Virus record (IMG/VR): IMGVR_UViG_3300035169_000087
Coordinates: 1 to 64,000 of that record
From: a virus
DNA length: 64,000 bases
Reading direction: 5' to 3' (one strand)
Shown: positions 19,171 through 29,094 of the stretch, one piece after another
Layout of the letters: each line of letters starts with the position of its first letter
Numbering within the stretch: position 1 is the first letter of the stretch
Notes under the pieces: model-generated
Told to the model about the DNA's origin: nothing
What the model saw: only the letters and a program-made list of their open reading frames with translations
Database searches by the model: none
Position numbers and translations under genes: made by a program

Positions 19171-19208
19171 AACCGCCCTGCCCGGGGGCCTCCGGGCGGG
19201 CGGCGGTT
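19171..19208. terminator. Stem-loop after the xis-like gene
   Basis: AACCGCC-CTGCCCGG...CCGGGCGG-GCGGCGGTT inverted repeat. Confidence 0.55.
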
Positions 19209-19238
19209 CATCCACCAGTACAACCGATTTGAGGAGCT

Positions 19239-20363
19239 TTGGTGGCGTATCCCAGCGTAACGCAAGCCCAGCACCGCGTCAGTGACGCGAAGGTCAAGGG
19301 CAAGTCAGAGTTCGGTGAAACCTCGCGGCGGTGGTGGCAGCGCAAGGGCGAAGCGCAACCCGCGCCCGCCGAGCCCAGCACGTTCCCCAACCCGGCCGGA
19401 CGCACGCAGATCCTGCCGCTGGTCGAGCACCACAACCCGGCCCCGCCCGCCGCGCCGCAGGTTCTCTACCGGGAGCGGCCCATCGACCTCGACAAGGCCG
19501 CGTGCAACATCTCCCTCGCCGCCAACAGCTCGGTCCTGCACGGCTGGTCTGCGATCAAGTTGAGGGAGTCGCTGGAGCGGCACCTGCGGGTGGTGAACGC
19601 CCTGGCGGAGCGGGAGGTCGCCGAAGGCCTCAAGCTGATCGAGCGTCCGAAGAACGCCGGCGCGGCGACGGATTCCGCGCTGGACAGCCTGCGGGAGGTT
19701 GCCGAGGCCGAGCGTAAGGCCAACGAGTTGGCGGGCGTGCAGATCACCGCCGAGGTGGACACGAAGGTGTTCGGTTCGGATCTCGGCGCGGTGTGGACGA
19801 ACGCGCGGGCGGTGAGCGACGACACGGCGCATTTCGAGCCGATCCGGCCGGATACGCCGGACCCGCGATTGAAGGTCACTGTCAAGACGGCCGGGATCGA
19901 GACGGTTCCCGCGACTGCTTCGGCCGATCCGGCGGCGGTCCCGTCTCCGGTGCATGTGTCGTCTGACGGGTCGCTCGCCCCCATCCCCGAGCAGCCCGCC
20001 CCGCTGGCCGCGCCGTTGCCGCGCCGCGGCGAGATCACGGTGCTGCCCGCAGGCGACAACGACCCGTCCAAGAGCCTCGACCCGCTGGAGGAGTCCCTGC
20101 TGCCCGGTTCGTGGGTGCAGGACGAGGGCAGCGACACCACCGGCCGTTTCTGGTGGCGCGTGTTGCACGTGCGCAAGTCGATCGGTGACGGCGCCCCGTG
20201 GACGCGGGTCGAGTTCGCGAACGGCCAGGTCCGCAACGTGGACTCGGGCGGCACTGTGCGGGTGCTGAGCCCGGATGCTGCGGCGCGGATGCTCACCGAG
20301 CACGTCGCGCAGCTCGCCGCGAAGGCCGAGGCCGAGCAGACGGACGCGGAGGCCGCGCGGTGA
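19239..20363 (+). CDS. Hypothetical protein (374 aa)
   Basis: GAGGAG RBS, GC3-rich frame, coupled to the next ORF. Confidence 0.65.
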   Translation: MVAYPSVTQAQHRVSDAKVKGKSEFGETSRRWWQRKGEAQPAPAEPSTFPNPAGRTQILPLVEHHNPAPPAAPQVLYRERPIDLDKAACNISLAANSSVLHGWSAIKLRESLERHLRVVNALAEREVAEGLKLIERPKNAGAATDSALDSLREVAEAERKANELAGVQITAEVDTKVFGSDLGAVWTNARAVSDDTAHFEPIRPDTPDPRLKVTVKTAGIETVPATASADPAAVPSPVHVSSDGSLAPIPEQPAPLAAPLPRRGEITVLPAGDNDPSKSLDPLEESLLPGSWVQDEGSDTTGRFWWRVLHVRKSIGDGAPWTRVEFANGQVRNVDSGGTVRVLSPDAAARMLTEHVAQLAAKAEAEQTDAEAAR

Positions 20364-20563
20364 CCGAGTCCGAGATCCACGCGGTCCTCGCCGCAGCATT
20401 CGAAAACTGCCCGGAGGATGTGGCCGACACGCTACTGCGGTGGCGGCTCGCGCAGGGCACGCCGCTGGGGTCGAAGCTGCACCAGGACTTCAAGGAAGCC
20501 CTGTCCGATCTGGCAGGGACGGTCGCGTTCTACACGCGGCAGGGCAGCGAGGTGCTCGCATGA
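20360..20563 (+). CDS. Small hypothetical protein
   Basis: GTGA/ATGA overlaps at both ends. Confidence 0.55.
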   Translation: MTESEIHAVLAAAFENCPEDVADTLLRWRLAQGTPLGSKLHQDFKEALSDLAGTVAFYTRQGSEVLA

Positions 20564-21453
20564 CCGCCGTCCTGGAAACCCCGACGCCCGCCGGACCAAT
20601 CCGCATCACCCAGCCCGGCGTCTACGACATCCCCGCCGACACCTACCACCGCGACCCCGTCCCGGCCGGCTCCCTCTCCTCAACCGGCGCCCGCAAGCTA
20701 CTCACCCCGTCATGCCCCGCGAAATTCCGCTGGGACCAGACACACCCGCAACCCCCGAAAGACGAGTTCGACCTCGGCACCGCGGCACACAAACTCGTAC
20801 TCGGCAACGGCCCGAACATCGTCAAAGTCGACGCCGACTCGTGGCGCACGAACGCCGCCAAAGACAAGGCGATGGAGATCCGCGACGAGGGCGGCGTCCC
20901 ACTGCTGCCGCGCGAATACGAGCAGGTGCACGCCATGGCCGCCGCGCTACACAAGGTGCCGCTCGCCGCAGCGCTGCTCGCCGCGCACACAGGCCAAGCC
21001 GAGCAGTCCCTGTTCTGGATCGACCAGGAAACCGGGGTGTGGTGCCGGGCCCGGCCGGACTGGCTGCCCACATACGTCGGCGACCGCGTGATCGTCGCCG
21101 ACTACAAGAGCGCGCACTCCGCCGAACCGGAGAAGTTCTCCCGCTCGGTCCTCGACTTCGGCTACCACCAGCAGGCGGACTGGTACCTCGGCGGGATGCG
21201 GGCGCTGGGCCTCGGCTCGGAACGCAACGCGTTCCTGTTCATCGTCCAGGAGAAAACCCCGCCGTACGTCGTCTCGGTGATCGGCCTCGCGGAGATCGCA
21301 CTGATGGTGGGCCGCTCCCGCAACCGCAAGGCGCTCGAGTTGTACCGCGACTGCTCCCGCTCCGGCGTGTGGCCGGGCTACACGGACGACGAACCGGTGT
21401 ACGTGTCGCTGCCGCCGTGGGCGGAGCGCGAGGCCTGGGACGAGCTGGCATGA
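20560..21453 (+). CDS. RecE/exonuclease VIII-like PD-(D/E)xK nuclease
   Basis: LSSTGARKL, GTAAH, EQSLFW, CRARPDW, DYKS, GYHQQADWY, FLFIVQEK.PPY. Confidence 0.88.
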   Translation: MTAVLETPTPAGPIRITQPGVYDIPADTYHRDPVPAGSLSSTGARKLLTPSCPAKFRWDQTHPQPPKDEFDLGTAAHKLVLGNGPNIVKVDADSWRTNAAKDKAMEIRDEGGVPLLPREYEQVHAMAAALHKVPLAAALLAAHTGQAEQSLFWIDQETGVWCRARPDWLPTYVGDRVIVADYKSAHSAEPEKFSRSVLDFGYHQQADWYLGGMRALGLGSERNAFLFIVQEKTPPYVVSVIGLAEIALMVGRSRNRKALELYRDCSRSGVWPGYTDDEPVYVSLPPWAEREAWDELA

Positions 21454-21499
21454 CCGCCGTCCGAACCATCCCGATCCACCTGCTTGAGGGGGAAACATC

Positions 21500-22366
21500 A
21501 TGACCGAACTGGCAGTACACGAAGACATCGACCACACCAACGGCGCCCAGGTCGCGGTGCGCGACAACACGGCCCCGGCCGTCCTGGAGGACGTCGCGGT
21601 CAGCCCGCTGATGCTGTGGGCGTACGAGGCCAAGCAGGCGTCACAGATCGCCGGTTCGCTCGCCCGCACCTCGTTCGTGCCCGCGTCACTGCGCAGCAGG
21701 CGCCCGAACCCGGAGGAGGCGCGCGCGGAGGAGACCGCGAACATCACCGCCGCGATCCTCGCCGGCATGGAGTTGGGTCTGCGGCCGATGGCGACGATGC
21801 GTTCGATTGACATCGTGCAGGGCACGCCGGCGTTGCGGGCGCACGCGATGCGCGGGCTGGTGCAGTCCCGCGGGCACGAGGTGGAACTGGTCGAGTCGAC
21901 GCCGAAGCAGTGTGTGATGCGCGGCCGGCGTAAGGGTTCGGATCAGTGGCAGGAGGTGACGTGGACGTTTGATCGGGCGGCGGCGCTGGGTCTGACGTCG
22001 CGGGAGCAGTGGCGTAAGCAGCCGCAGACGATGCTGATCGCGCGGGCGACTGGCGAGGTGTGCCGTCTGATCGCGTCGGATGTGCTGCATGCGATGCCGT
22101 ATGCGGCCGAGGAGTTGGCGCAGGACGGTCGGCAGCAGGATGGCCGACTGACTGCTCCGGCTCGGGTGACTGCGGCGGAGATCATGCGTAACGCGCAGCA
22201 GGCGACGCAGGGCGCGGCTGAGATGCCGGAGATGCCGCAGATAGGGCTGCCCGTCACGGATCCGGCGTCTTCCTGCGGGTGGTGTGAGCAGCCGGGCCAT
22301 CACGAGGACGAGTGCCCGCAGCGTGAGGACGGCGACTACGCCGACACCGAAACGCCGGACGAGTGA
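21500..22366 (+). CDS. RecT-like single-strand annealing protein
   Basis: TSFVP, AILAGMELGL.PM, I.IVQG.P, W.KQPQTML.ARA; follows the RecE-like gene. Confidence 0.75.
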   Translation: MTELAVHEDIDHTNGAQVAVRDNTAPAVLEDVAVSPLMLWAYEAKQASQIAGSLARTSFVPASLRSRRPNPEEARAEETANITAAILAGMELGLRPMATMRSIDIVQGTPALRAHAMRGLVQSRGHEVELVESTPKQCVMRGRRKGSDQWQEVTWTFDRAAALGLTSREQWRKQPQTMLIARATGEVCRLIASDVLHAMPYAAEELAQDGRQQDGRLTAPARVTAAEIMRNAQQATQGAAEMPEMPQIGLPVTDPASSCGWCEQPGHHEDECPQREDGDYADTETPDE

Positions 22367-22704
22367 TGGCCACCGTGTCGCACGCCTGGCAGGTGCTGCT
22401 CTCGCTGCCGCTGCCCGCGCGGGCCGGGATCGCGCTGTTCGCCGCGGTGGTGCCGTTGGGTATCTGGTCGCTGTCGAAGGCCGCCGCGGTGGTCCTGGTG
22501 GGCGCGGCCGGTGTTGCCGTGTCGTTCGCTCACCGCCTCGCCGGCCGGTTCAAGCCGCGCACGCCCGAGCTGGTGGTCACCGGCCCGATCCCGGTGCGGC
22601 CCGACGAGCCCGCGTGGCGCCGCGACGACGTGATCGAGGCGTGGGTGTCGGCGTGGGTGAACGGTGACGCGAGCCCCGACCGACGTAAGGACGCCGAGCG
22701 GTGA
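22363..22704 (+). CDS. Small membrane protein
   Basis: Two hydrophobic segments; coupled start. Confidence 0.45.
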   Translation: MMATVSHAWQVLLSLPLPARAGIALFAAVVPLGIWSLSKAAAVVLVGAAGVAVSFAHRLAGRFKPRTPELVVTGPIPVRPDEPAWRRDDVIEAWVSAWVNGDASPDRRKDAER

Positions 22705-22972
22705 GGGGCGCTGACGCCGTAGCCGCTTCGCTCGGCGCGCTGTTCTTCCTGGCCTACCTGCTTACGGGCGAGTTCATGGTCCGGCGTCGGCGCAAACCGG
22801 CCCGCTGGTAGCCGCCTAGTTCCCTGCCTCCGATCCGCGCCCTCCCCCTCGGCGCTGCGAGGCAGGCGCGTCGCCCGTGGCCACGGGCGGCAACCGGTCC
22901 CGGTGTCACCCACCCGACACCGGGACCGGCGAGGAGGGGACCTCAACCACTTCTGACCCCGAGGGGGCCTCG

Positions 22973-23716
22973 ATGTCCGAGTACCAGGCCGTATCCAGCC
23001 GCACACTCGCTCACCTCATCCGCGCCGTCATCGACCACGCCGGGACCGACGAGCGCAGCGACCTGCACGCCGTCCGCCTCGAATCCGACGGCACGTACCT
23101 GCACGCCGTAGCCACCGACCGGCTCACCCTCGCCGTGGCGCGCGAACTACTCGACCCGCAGCTGAACCCGGACCCGAAGCCGTTCACTGCCCTGATCGCC
23201 CCGCGTGACGCCGCGCACCTCGCGCAGATCGCCGACGGCGACGAGAACTTCGACGACGGTTTGCAGTTCACTGCCCCGCCGGACTTCCACACGCGGCTGC
23301 TGGTCAGTGATGGTCGGCCGCCGATCCTCGCCGCGCAGGTGCTGGTCCGCAAGGAAGGGGACGAGGAGTACCGCGACGACGCGTGCGCGAAGTTCGTGCT
23401 CGGCCCCGACGTCATCCCCTACGACTGGCGCGAGCTGGTACGCAGCTGCCTCAAGTCCGAGTTGGACGGTTCGGCGGGCGAGCGGACTATCGCCATCAAC
23501 CCGCACCTGCTTGCGCGTTGGAGTGGCTGCGAGGCCAGGCCGCTGCACTTCCGGATCACGGGCCCGTTCAATCCGGTGATCGTCACCGGCCCGGATTTCC
23601 TCGGCGTGCAGATGCCGGTCAAGCCTGCCGACGGCGAGTCGTTCGCGGCGCGCTACACGCCGTGGATCGACGACCTGCGCGGCGGGCTCAAGGACACGTC
23701 GGCGGCGACGGTCTGA
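22973..23716 (+). CDS. DNA polymerase III beta-clamp-like protein (two domains)
   Basis: LHAVRLE...LHAVATDRLTLAV, IAINPHLL and C-terminal GVQMPVK resemble DnaN domains 2-3. Confidence 0.65.
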   Translation: MSEYQAVSSRTLAHLIRAVIDHAGTDERSDLHAVRLESDGTYLHAVATDRLTLAVARELLDPQLNPDPKPFTALIAPRDAAHLAQIADGDENFDDGLQFTAPPDFHTRLLVSDGRPPILAAQVLVRKEGDEEYRDDACAKFVLGPDVIPYDWRELVRSCLKSELDGSAGERTIAINPHLLARWSGCEARPLHFRITGPFNPVIVTGPDFLGVQMPVKPADGESFAARYTPWIDDLRGGLKDTSAATV

Positions 23717-24102
23717 TGGACGACTTCGACACCTGCTTCGCCCGTGCGAAGGACGAGCCCGCGTTCAGTAACGGCACCGAGGGCTACGGCTGGATCGGCG
23801 CGAACTGTGAGACCTGCATCCACGACAAGGCCGCGCGGCAGGGCGACGTGGGCGGCTGCCCGCTGATCCTCGTGGCGCTGATGGGGCGCACCCCGCAGGA
23901 GTGGCTGGAAGGCGACCGCGACACGATCGTGCGCCGGTACACGTGCGTGATGTTCCGGCATGAGGACGACGGGGGCGACCCGGAGCCGAGGCCGATCCCC
24001 GACCCGCCGGGGCAGCTCACGCTGTTCCCGCGTGACGGGCTGGAGGGCGTTCGGATGCTCAAGTCGCTGCCCGAGCCGGTCTGGGCGGAGGTGGCCTCGT
24101 GA
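23716..24102 (+). CDS. Hypothetical Cys-containing phage protein
   Basis: FSNGTEG..W...NCETC..D...CP motif; TGATG coupling. Confidence 0.6.
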   Translation: MDDFDTCFARAKDEPAFSNGTEGYGWIGANCETCIHDKAARQGDVGGCPLILVALMGRTPQEWLEGDRDTIVRRYTCVMFRHEDDGGDPEPRPIPDPPGQLTLFPRDGLEGVRMLKSLPEPVWAEVAS

Positions 24103-24716
24103 GTTTCGCTGCCGCTTTCTGGCTTCCCTCGCGCGACGAGGTGACGACCGCCGAGCCGCGCCCGCGTGACTTGCCGGACGACGACCTGCTCGCCGCGCTG
24201 GGCCGGGGCCTGGCTGAAGCGCCCGAGGCCGAACTGCTCGCCGCCGCCGACACCCTCACAGCCATCCACGGACCGGCACCCGCAGGCACCGCCGCCGCCT
24301 ACGACTGGCGTGCCCTGAGCGTCCGCCAACCCTGGGCGAACGCCATCCTCCGCGGCCCGAAGGACGTCGAAAACCGGGCGACCAAAACCAACCGGCGCGG
24401 CCCGATCCTCATCCACTCCAGCCAGCACTACGACCACAGCCGCGGCCCGGCGCCCGCGCTCGACCGGTGGATGCGTTCCGGTGGGGCGCCGTGCGACTGG
24501 ACGTTCGGCGCGATCCTCGGCGTCGCCACGGTTGAGGACTGTCACCGCTGTGACGGCTCCTGCTCCGAGTGGGCCGAACCCGAGTCGTGGCACTGGGTCC
24601 TCGGTGGCCGCCAGCTGCTGCCTGAGCCGGTGCTGTGTCGTGGCGCGCTAGGGTTCTGGCGCCCTACGCCAGACGTGCTCGCCGCGGTCCTCAAGCAGAT
24701 CGGCGGCGCGCCGTGA
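24099..24716 (+). CDS. ASCH domain protein
   Basis: ALSVRQPWA.AI..G.KDVENR...RGPILIHS and CRGALGFW. Confidence 0.85.
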   Translation: MSFAAAFWLPSRDEVTTAEPRPRDLPDDDLLAALGRGLAEAPEAELLAAADTLTAIHGPAPAGTAAAYDWRALSVRQPWANAILRGPKDVENRATKTNRRGPILIHSSQHYDHSRGPAPALDRWMRSGGAPCDWTFGAILGVATVEDCHRCDGSCSEWAEPESWHWVLGGRQLLPEPVLCRGALGFWRPTPDVLAAVLKQIGGAP

Positions 24717-25231
24717 TCGAGCAGACCGCGCTACGCATCGACACCTGTCACGACCTGAACCAGGCCGCCCAGACCCCCGCTGCGGCCCACGCCTCCGCCG
24801 CAGCGGGCCAGCCTCCCCTCGCGTCCACCGGCCCGCACGCCGACGCGCGAGGGGAGGGCACCACCTACACCGTCGCGCTCCCCGCCGGACTGCCGCTACT
24901 CAACGCCAACGACCGGATGCACTGGCGGCGGCGCAACGACATGACACAGGTCATCGTCGACGCCGCGATCGTCATGACCCGGAAGGCCAAAGTCCCCCGG
25001 CTGGAGCGGATCGCCATCAAGGCGGTCCTGCACCCCACCGACAAGCGGCGCCGCGACCCTCACAACTGGTATCCGTCGATCAAAGCGGCGATCGACGGCG
25101 TCGTACGGTCCCGCGCGGTCATTCCCGACGACGACTCCACGCATCTCGTCGATGTCTCCGTCGCACTCGGCGAACCGGTCAAGGGCGGCCAGCTGATTCT
25201 GTTGATCACGCCTCTCGGCGGTGCCTCATGA
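24713..25231 (+). CDS. RusA-like Holliday junction resolvase
   Basis: LLNANDRMHW, RRRDPHN...IKAAIDG...IPDDD. Confidence 0.75.
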   Translation: MIEQTALRIDTCHDLNQAAQTPAAAHASAAAGQPPLASTGPHADARGEGTTYTVALPAGLPLLNANDRMHWRRRNDMTQVIVDAAIVMTRKAKVPRLERIAIKAVLHPTDKRRRDPHNWYPSIKAAIDGVVRSRAVIPDDDSTHLVDVSVALGEPVKGGQLILLITPLGGAS

Positions 25232-26745
25232 CGCTGCGGACCGCGAGCCTCTGCTCTGGCGTAGGCATGATCGACCTTGCCGTCGAGTCCGTGTTCCCCG
25301 GCGCGCAACTCGCCTGGTACGCCCAGTACGAGCCGCCCGACAAGGACGGCAAGATCGACCGGCACCAGTACGCCGCGCGCATCATGGCGCACCACTGGCC
25401 CGGTGTCCCCAACCACGGCGACATCACCGCCATCGACTACGCCGGCGTCGAGCCCGTGGACCTGCTCACCGCCGGGTTTCCGTGCACGGACCTGTCCCTG
25501 GCCGGTAAGCGCGCGGGCCTCATGCCGGGCACGCGCTCGGGCGTTTGGTCGCACGTCGCCCGCGCCATCGGCGCACTGCGCCCCTCGCTCGTGCTCATTG
25601 AGAACGTCAGGAGCCTGACCAGTGCGAAAGCCCATTGCGACGTGGAATCCTGCCCGCGGTGTATGGGAGATCCCGGAGACGGCGACACCCCTGTTCCGTA
25701 CCTGCGAGCACTCGGCTGTGTTCTCGGCGACCTGGCCGATCTCGGGTTCGATGCGGAGTGGACGTGCCTACCCGCCTCGGGCGTCGGAGCCCCGCACAGG
25801 CGCGAGCGGGTCTTCGTCCTCGCGTGGCCTGCTGCCGACGCCGCGAACCTCGGACACGAACGGCGCGGGCTCACATGGGGACGGCGGCCCGGACCTTCGC
25901 ACGGCGGTGTCGCTGCTTCCGACGCCCAGGGCGTCGGACGGGGAGAAGGGCGGCCCGAACCAGCGCGGCTCGTTGGGGGACCTGATGCTGCCGAGCGCCG
26001 TAGCGCACCTGCTGCCGACGCCGAACGCCTCGGATCACAAGGGCAGCGGAGCGACGCAGGGCCGCATGAGGGGCAGACGTCTGCGGACGTCTGCGGACGT
26101 GGACCTACCGGAGGCCGTAGCGCTCCTACCGACCCCGAGGGCGAGCGACACGGGCACGCCGGGGCGACGGGCCTCGGAGGGCTTCCGGCCGCCGCTCTCG
26201 CAGGTGCTCCTGCCGACCCCGATGGCGGCCGACGGGCAGCGGGCGAGCCTGACGATGCCCAGGGGCAACCCGACGCTCGCTGGCGCACTACTGCCGACCC
26301 CGACGACGCAGCACTCGGCGCGCAACGCGACCGCGAACCGCAAGGACCCGAAGCCGACCACGGACGTCACCGGCTGGACCCTTCAGGACGTTTTCTGGGC
26401 TGGGGACCATACGAGCCCGCCATCCGGCGCTGGGAACACATCCTCGGACGCCCCGCGCCCAGTCCAGTTGACGATCGAGGACGCCTGAACCCGCCGCTTC
26501 CCGAATGGATGATGGGCCTGCCCGACGGGTGGGTCACCGCCGTGCCCGGGATCCCGCGCAACCCTCAACTGCACGCGCTCGGCAACGGGTGCGTGGTACA
26601 GCAGGCCGCGCACGCGCTGCGGCTCCTGCTGCCCGCGTACCTCGCTGCATGTCAACCAGCTGACGGTTTCGGTGTTATCCGGAACGGTATCCGTCAACAG
26701 GCTACTACCGGCGCGGCCTGCGGCGATCCGGGACGTGCGGCGTGA
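25228..26745 (+). CDS. C5 cytosine DNA methyltransferase
   Basis: Motifs I (SLCSGVG), IV (GFPC), VI (ENV), VIII (PHRRERVF), IX (EWMMGLP.GW), X (LGNG). Confidence 0.9.
   Translation: MTLRTASLCSGVGMIDLAVESVFPGAQLAWYAQYEPPDKDGKIDRHQYAARIMAHHWPGVPNHGDITAIDYAGVEPVDLLTAGFPCTDLSLAGKRAGLMPGTRSGVWSHVARAIGALRPSLVLIENVRSLTSAKAHCDVESCPRCMGDPGDGDTPVPYLRALGCVLGDLADLGFDAEWTCLPASGVGAPHRRERVFVLAWPAADAANLGHERRGLTWGRRPGPSHGGVAASDAQGVGRGEGRPEPARLVGGPDAAERRSAPAADAERLGSQGQRSDAGPHEGQTSADVCGRGPTGGRSAPTDPEGERHGHAGATGLGGLPAAALAGAPADPDGGRRAAGEPDDAQGQPDARWRTTADPDDAALGAQRDREPQGPEADHGRHRLDPSGRFLGWGPYEPAIRRWEHILGRPAPSPVDDRGRLNPPLPEWMMGLPDGWVTAVPGIPRNPQLHALGNGCVVQQAAHALRLLLPAYLAACQPADGFGVIRNGIRQQATTGAACGDPGRAA
25622..26488 (+). 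CDS. Nested alternative-frame protein with six LLPTP repeats (putative target-recognition subunit)
   Basis: 288-codon +1 frame inside the MTase; repeats LLPTPRTSD, LLPTPRASD, LLPTPNASD, LLPTPRASD, LLPTPMAAD, LLPTPTTQ. Confidence 0.65.
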   Translation: MRKPIATWNPARGVWEIPETATPLFRTCEHSAVFSATWPISGSMRSGRAYPPRASEPRTGASGSSSSRGLLPTPRTSDTNGAGSHGDGGPDLRTAVSLLPTPRASDGEKGGPNQRGSLGDLMLPSAVAHLLPTPNASDHKGSGATQGRMRGRRLRTSADVDLPEAVALLPTPRASDTGTPGRRASEGFRPPLSQVLLPTPMAADGQRASLTMPRGNPTLAGALLPTPTTQHSARNATANRKDPKPTTDVTGWTLQDVFWAGDHTSPPSGAGNTSSDAPRPVQLTIEDA

Positions 26746-27371
26746 CCGGCCGAGGAACGCGACACGGCACGCTCGCTGGCTACCACCTCGACGGCTGCCG
26801 CTGCGAGCTGTGCACCGCCGAAGCCACCCGCTACGAGAAACGCCGCCTCCTCGACGCGATCGAGGGGCGCCCGCGCGCGGTGGACGCCACCGGTTCCCGC
26901 CGCCGCATACAGGCGCTCGCAGTCGCCGGGTTCCCGATCCGCGTGATCGCCGAACAGCTGGGCACGCAGATCGGCCCCCTGCACCGTGCGGTCAACGGCA
27001 AACGCCTGGCCGCGGTGAAGGCGCGGGAGATCGCGCGGGTGTACCGCCGGTTGAGGTTCGCGGACCCGGCGCGCTACGGAGTCGACCTGCGGCAGTCCGC
27101 TCGGGTCGCGCGGATGGCGCGCGCGAAGGGCTGGAGCGGCCCGGAGGCGTGGGAAACCGCAGACATGGACGACCCGGGGGCGCTGCCCACAGAACCTGAC
27201 CCGTACCGGCCGTTGGCGTCGTACGAGGCGATCGCCGAGGACGCGTTGTGGGTGCTGGCCACGGCCGGGCCGGACACGCCGCCGGCTGAGGTCGCCGCGC
27301 GTCTCGGCGTCGGGGAGCGGCGCCTGTTCCGTGCGCTGGCGTATGCGCGCTCGGCGAGTGAGTCCGCGTGA
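26742..27371 (+). CDS. HTH DNA-binding protein with N-terminal HG...GCRCxxC motif
   Basis: HGTLAGY...GCRCELC; RRIQAL...GF; C-terminal VAARLGV. Confidence 0.65.
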   Translation: MTGRGTRHGTLAGYHLDGCRCELCTAEATRYEKRRLLDAIEGRPRAVDATGSRRRIQALAVAGFPIRVIAEQLGTQIGPLHRAVNGKRLAAVKAREIARVYRRLRFADPARYGVDLRQSARVARMARAKGWSGPEAWETADMDDPGALPTEPDPYRPLASYEAIAEDALWVLATAGPDTPPAEVAARLGVGERRLFRALAYARSASESA

Positions 27372-27466
27372 ACGATCCGCCGCGAATAGAAGCCGACGAA
27401 CAACCCTACCTGTAGCCGTTGACCTGCTGTTTCATTCGAAAACTAGCCAAGAAAGTAAGCGCCCGC

Positions 27467-28023
27467 ATGGACACACTGGAAGACCCGTCGGGCCGCGTGC
27501 AGACGCTGCGCGCCGCCGTGCACGACGTCATCGCGAACCTCACCAACGAACGCGACGCCGCGTTGGCGACCGCGGTACGGGAGCACGCGGAGAACGACCA
27601 GCTGACCGCGCAATGCCGGATGCTGCGGGAGCGGGTGGCCCGCCAGCACGAGACGATCATCCGTTTGCAGCGTTACCAGCGGCCCACGGCCACGGCTGCC
27701 GCACGGGGTCTGGTGCGCGCCGCTCTGTCCCGGTTGGCGTGGTCCCGGTGATCGCGTTGCGGGCCGGTCAGGCGCTCGTCGCGTCCTCGCCGCTGCTGGT
27801 CCTCGGGTGTGCGCTCGGGGCGAAGTTGCACGCCGCTGCGGTGGTGTTCGGGTGTGCCGGTGGCGCGCTCGGGGCGTTGCTGCTGGGGATCGTGCTGTGC
27901 GCGATCGGCGGTCCGGCGGCGGGCGAGCTGGCCGCTGAGGCTTCCCGCCCGTCGCTGGCGGACCTGCCGTGCGGTGGCTGTGGTCAGTGCGACGGCTGCG
28001 ACCTGCGGTGGGCGGACGTATGA
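27467..28023 (+). CDS. Two small hypothetical ORFs (27467-27751 coiled coil; 27748-28023 membrane, CxxC)
   Basis: Coupled by GTGA overlap; fill the operon. Confidence 0.45.
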
Positions 28024-28415
28024 GCGCGCCCGAGACGTCCGCGGTGTGCCTCAAGGGCCGGCGGGAGGAGTTCGGCTCATCCCTGCAACTGCCCGCCGCC
28101 GAGGACGTGGTGTACGTGGGCCGGGCGATGCACCAGGGCGGGTGGCGGCTGGCCCGCTCGCCGTTCGCGAACCCGTTCCGGGCTCAACGGGTCGGCGGCG
28201 CGGCGAAGGCCGTCGAACTGTACTTCATGCACCTGCGCGCGCATCACGAGCTGGTGGCGCGGGCTAGGCGTGAGTTGGCCGGGAAGCGACTGGGCTGCTG
28301 GTGTCCGACGGATGACCCGCAGCTGTGCCATGCCGCACTGCTCGCTGCCGTTGTGGCCATGGATGCCGAGGCCCTGGCGCGGCTCCTCGGCGGGCCGATC
28401 GGAGCGGCACTGTGA
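28020..28415 (+). CDS. DUF4326 family protein
   Basis: VYVGR...SPFANPF...LAGKRLGCWC...CHA. Confidence 0.8.
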   Translation: MSAPETSAVCLKGRREEFGSSLQLPAAEDVVYVGRAMHQGGWRLARSPFANPFRAQRVGGAAKAVELYFMHLRAHHELVARARRELAGKRLGCWCPTDDPQLCHAALLAAVVAMDAEALARLLGGPIGAAL

Positions 28416-29094
28416 AGCCCACGATGCCCGCTGACGCGGTTGACGGCTACGGGCCATCCCGCGAGTTCCTGCGCCGCACGCTGCACCTCCAGCGCGTGCG
28501 CAACCTGCCATCGCACACCTACGCCGCCCTGCTGAAGGAGCGCGGGTTCCCGATCACCCCGGCGAAGATCCGGCTCCAGAACACCAGCATCACGCAGGCG
28601 CAGTGCACGCGGGTGAAGCTGGAGCAGGTTGTCGCGGCGTCACTCGTGTTCGGCGTCTCCATCGAGTTCCTGGTGGGCCTGACGCCGTGCGACCTGTGCG
28701 GCGATAAGCCGCCAGCCGGATTCTCGTGCACACGCTGCGGCAAGCCTGGCGGTGATCCGTCGTGACCTCAACGGATCTGGGTCGTTCGTGGCTGTCCAGT
28801 ACCCCGGACGGCGCGGTCGTCATCGAGCGGGTGGTGCGGGCGTGCACGGTCACCGCGGTGTACGACGACGACTTCTCGGCGCACACCACGGGGCAGCGCA
28901 GGCGGGTCTATCACCCGCTCAGCCTGGTGTCGGACGCGGACCGGCCGCTGGTGAAGCCGGGCGCAAGGTTCTGGCTAGTGGTCGAGCGGCTGCGTAGTCA
29001 CCCGGTGCAGATCTGTTCGGCTATCGCGTTCCGCCGTCCTGGCGCGCTCAGTCCGCAGCGGGCGTTCGCCGACCGGGCGGGAGTCGCTTCGTGA
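28412..29094 (+). CDS. HTH/Zn-finger protein (28412-28765) and hypothetical protein (28762-29094)
   Basis: FGVSIEFL plus CDLC...CTRC in the first ORF; GTGA overlaps. Confidence 0.5.
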
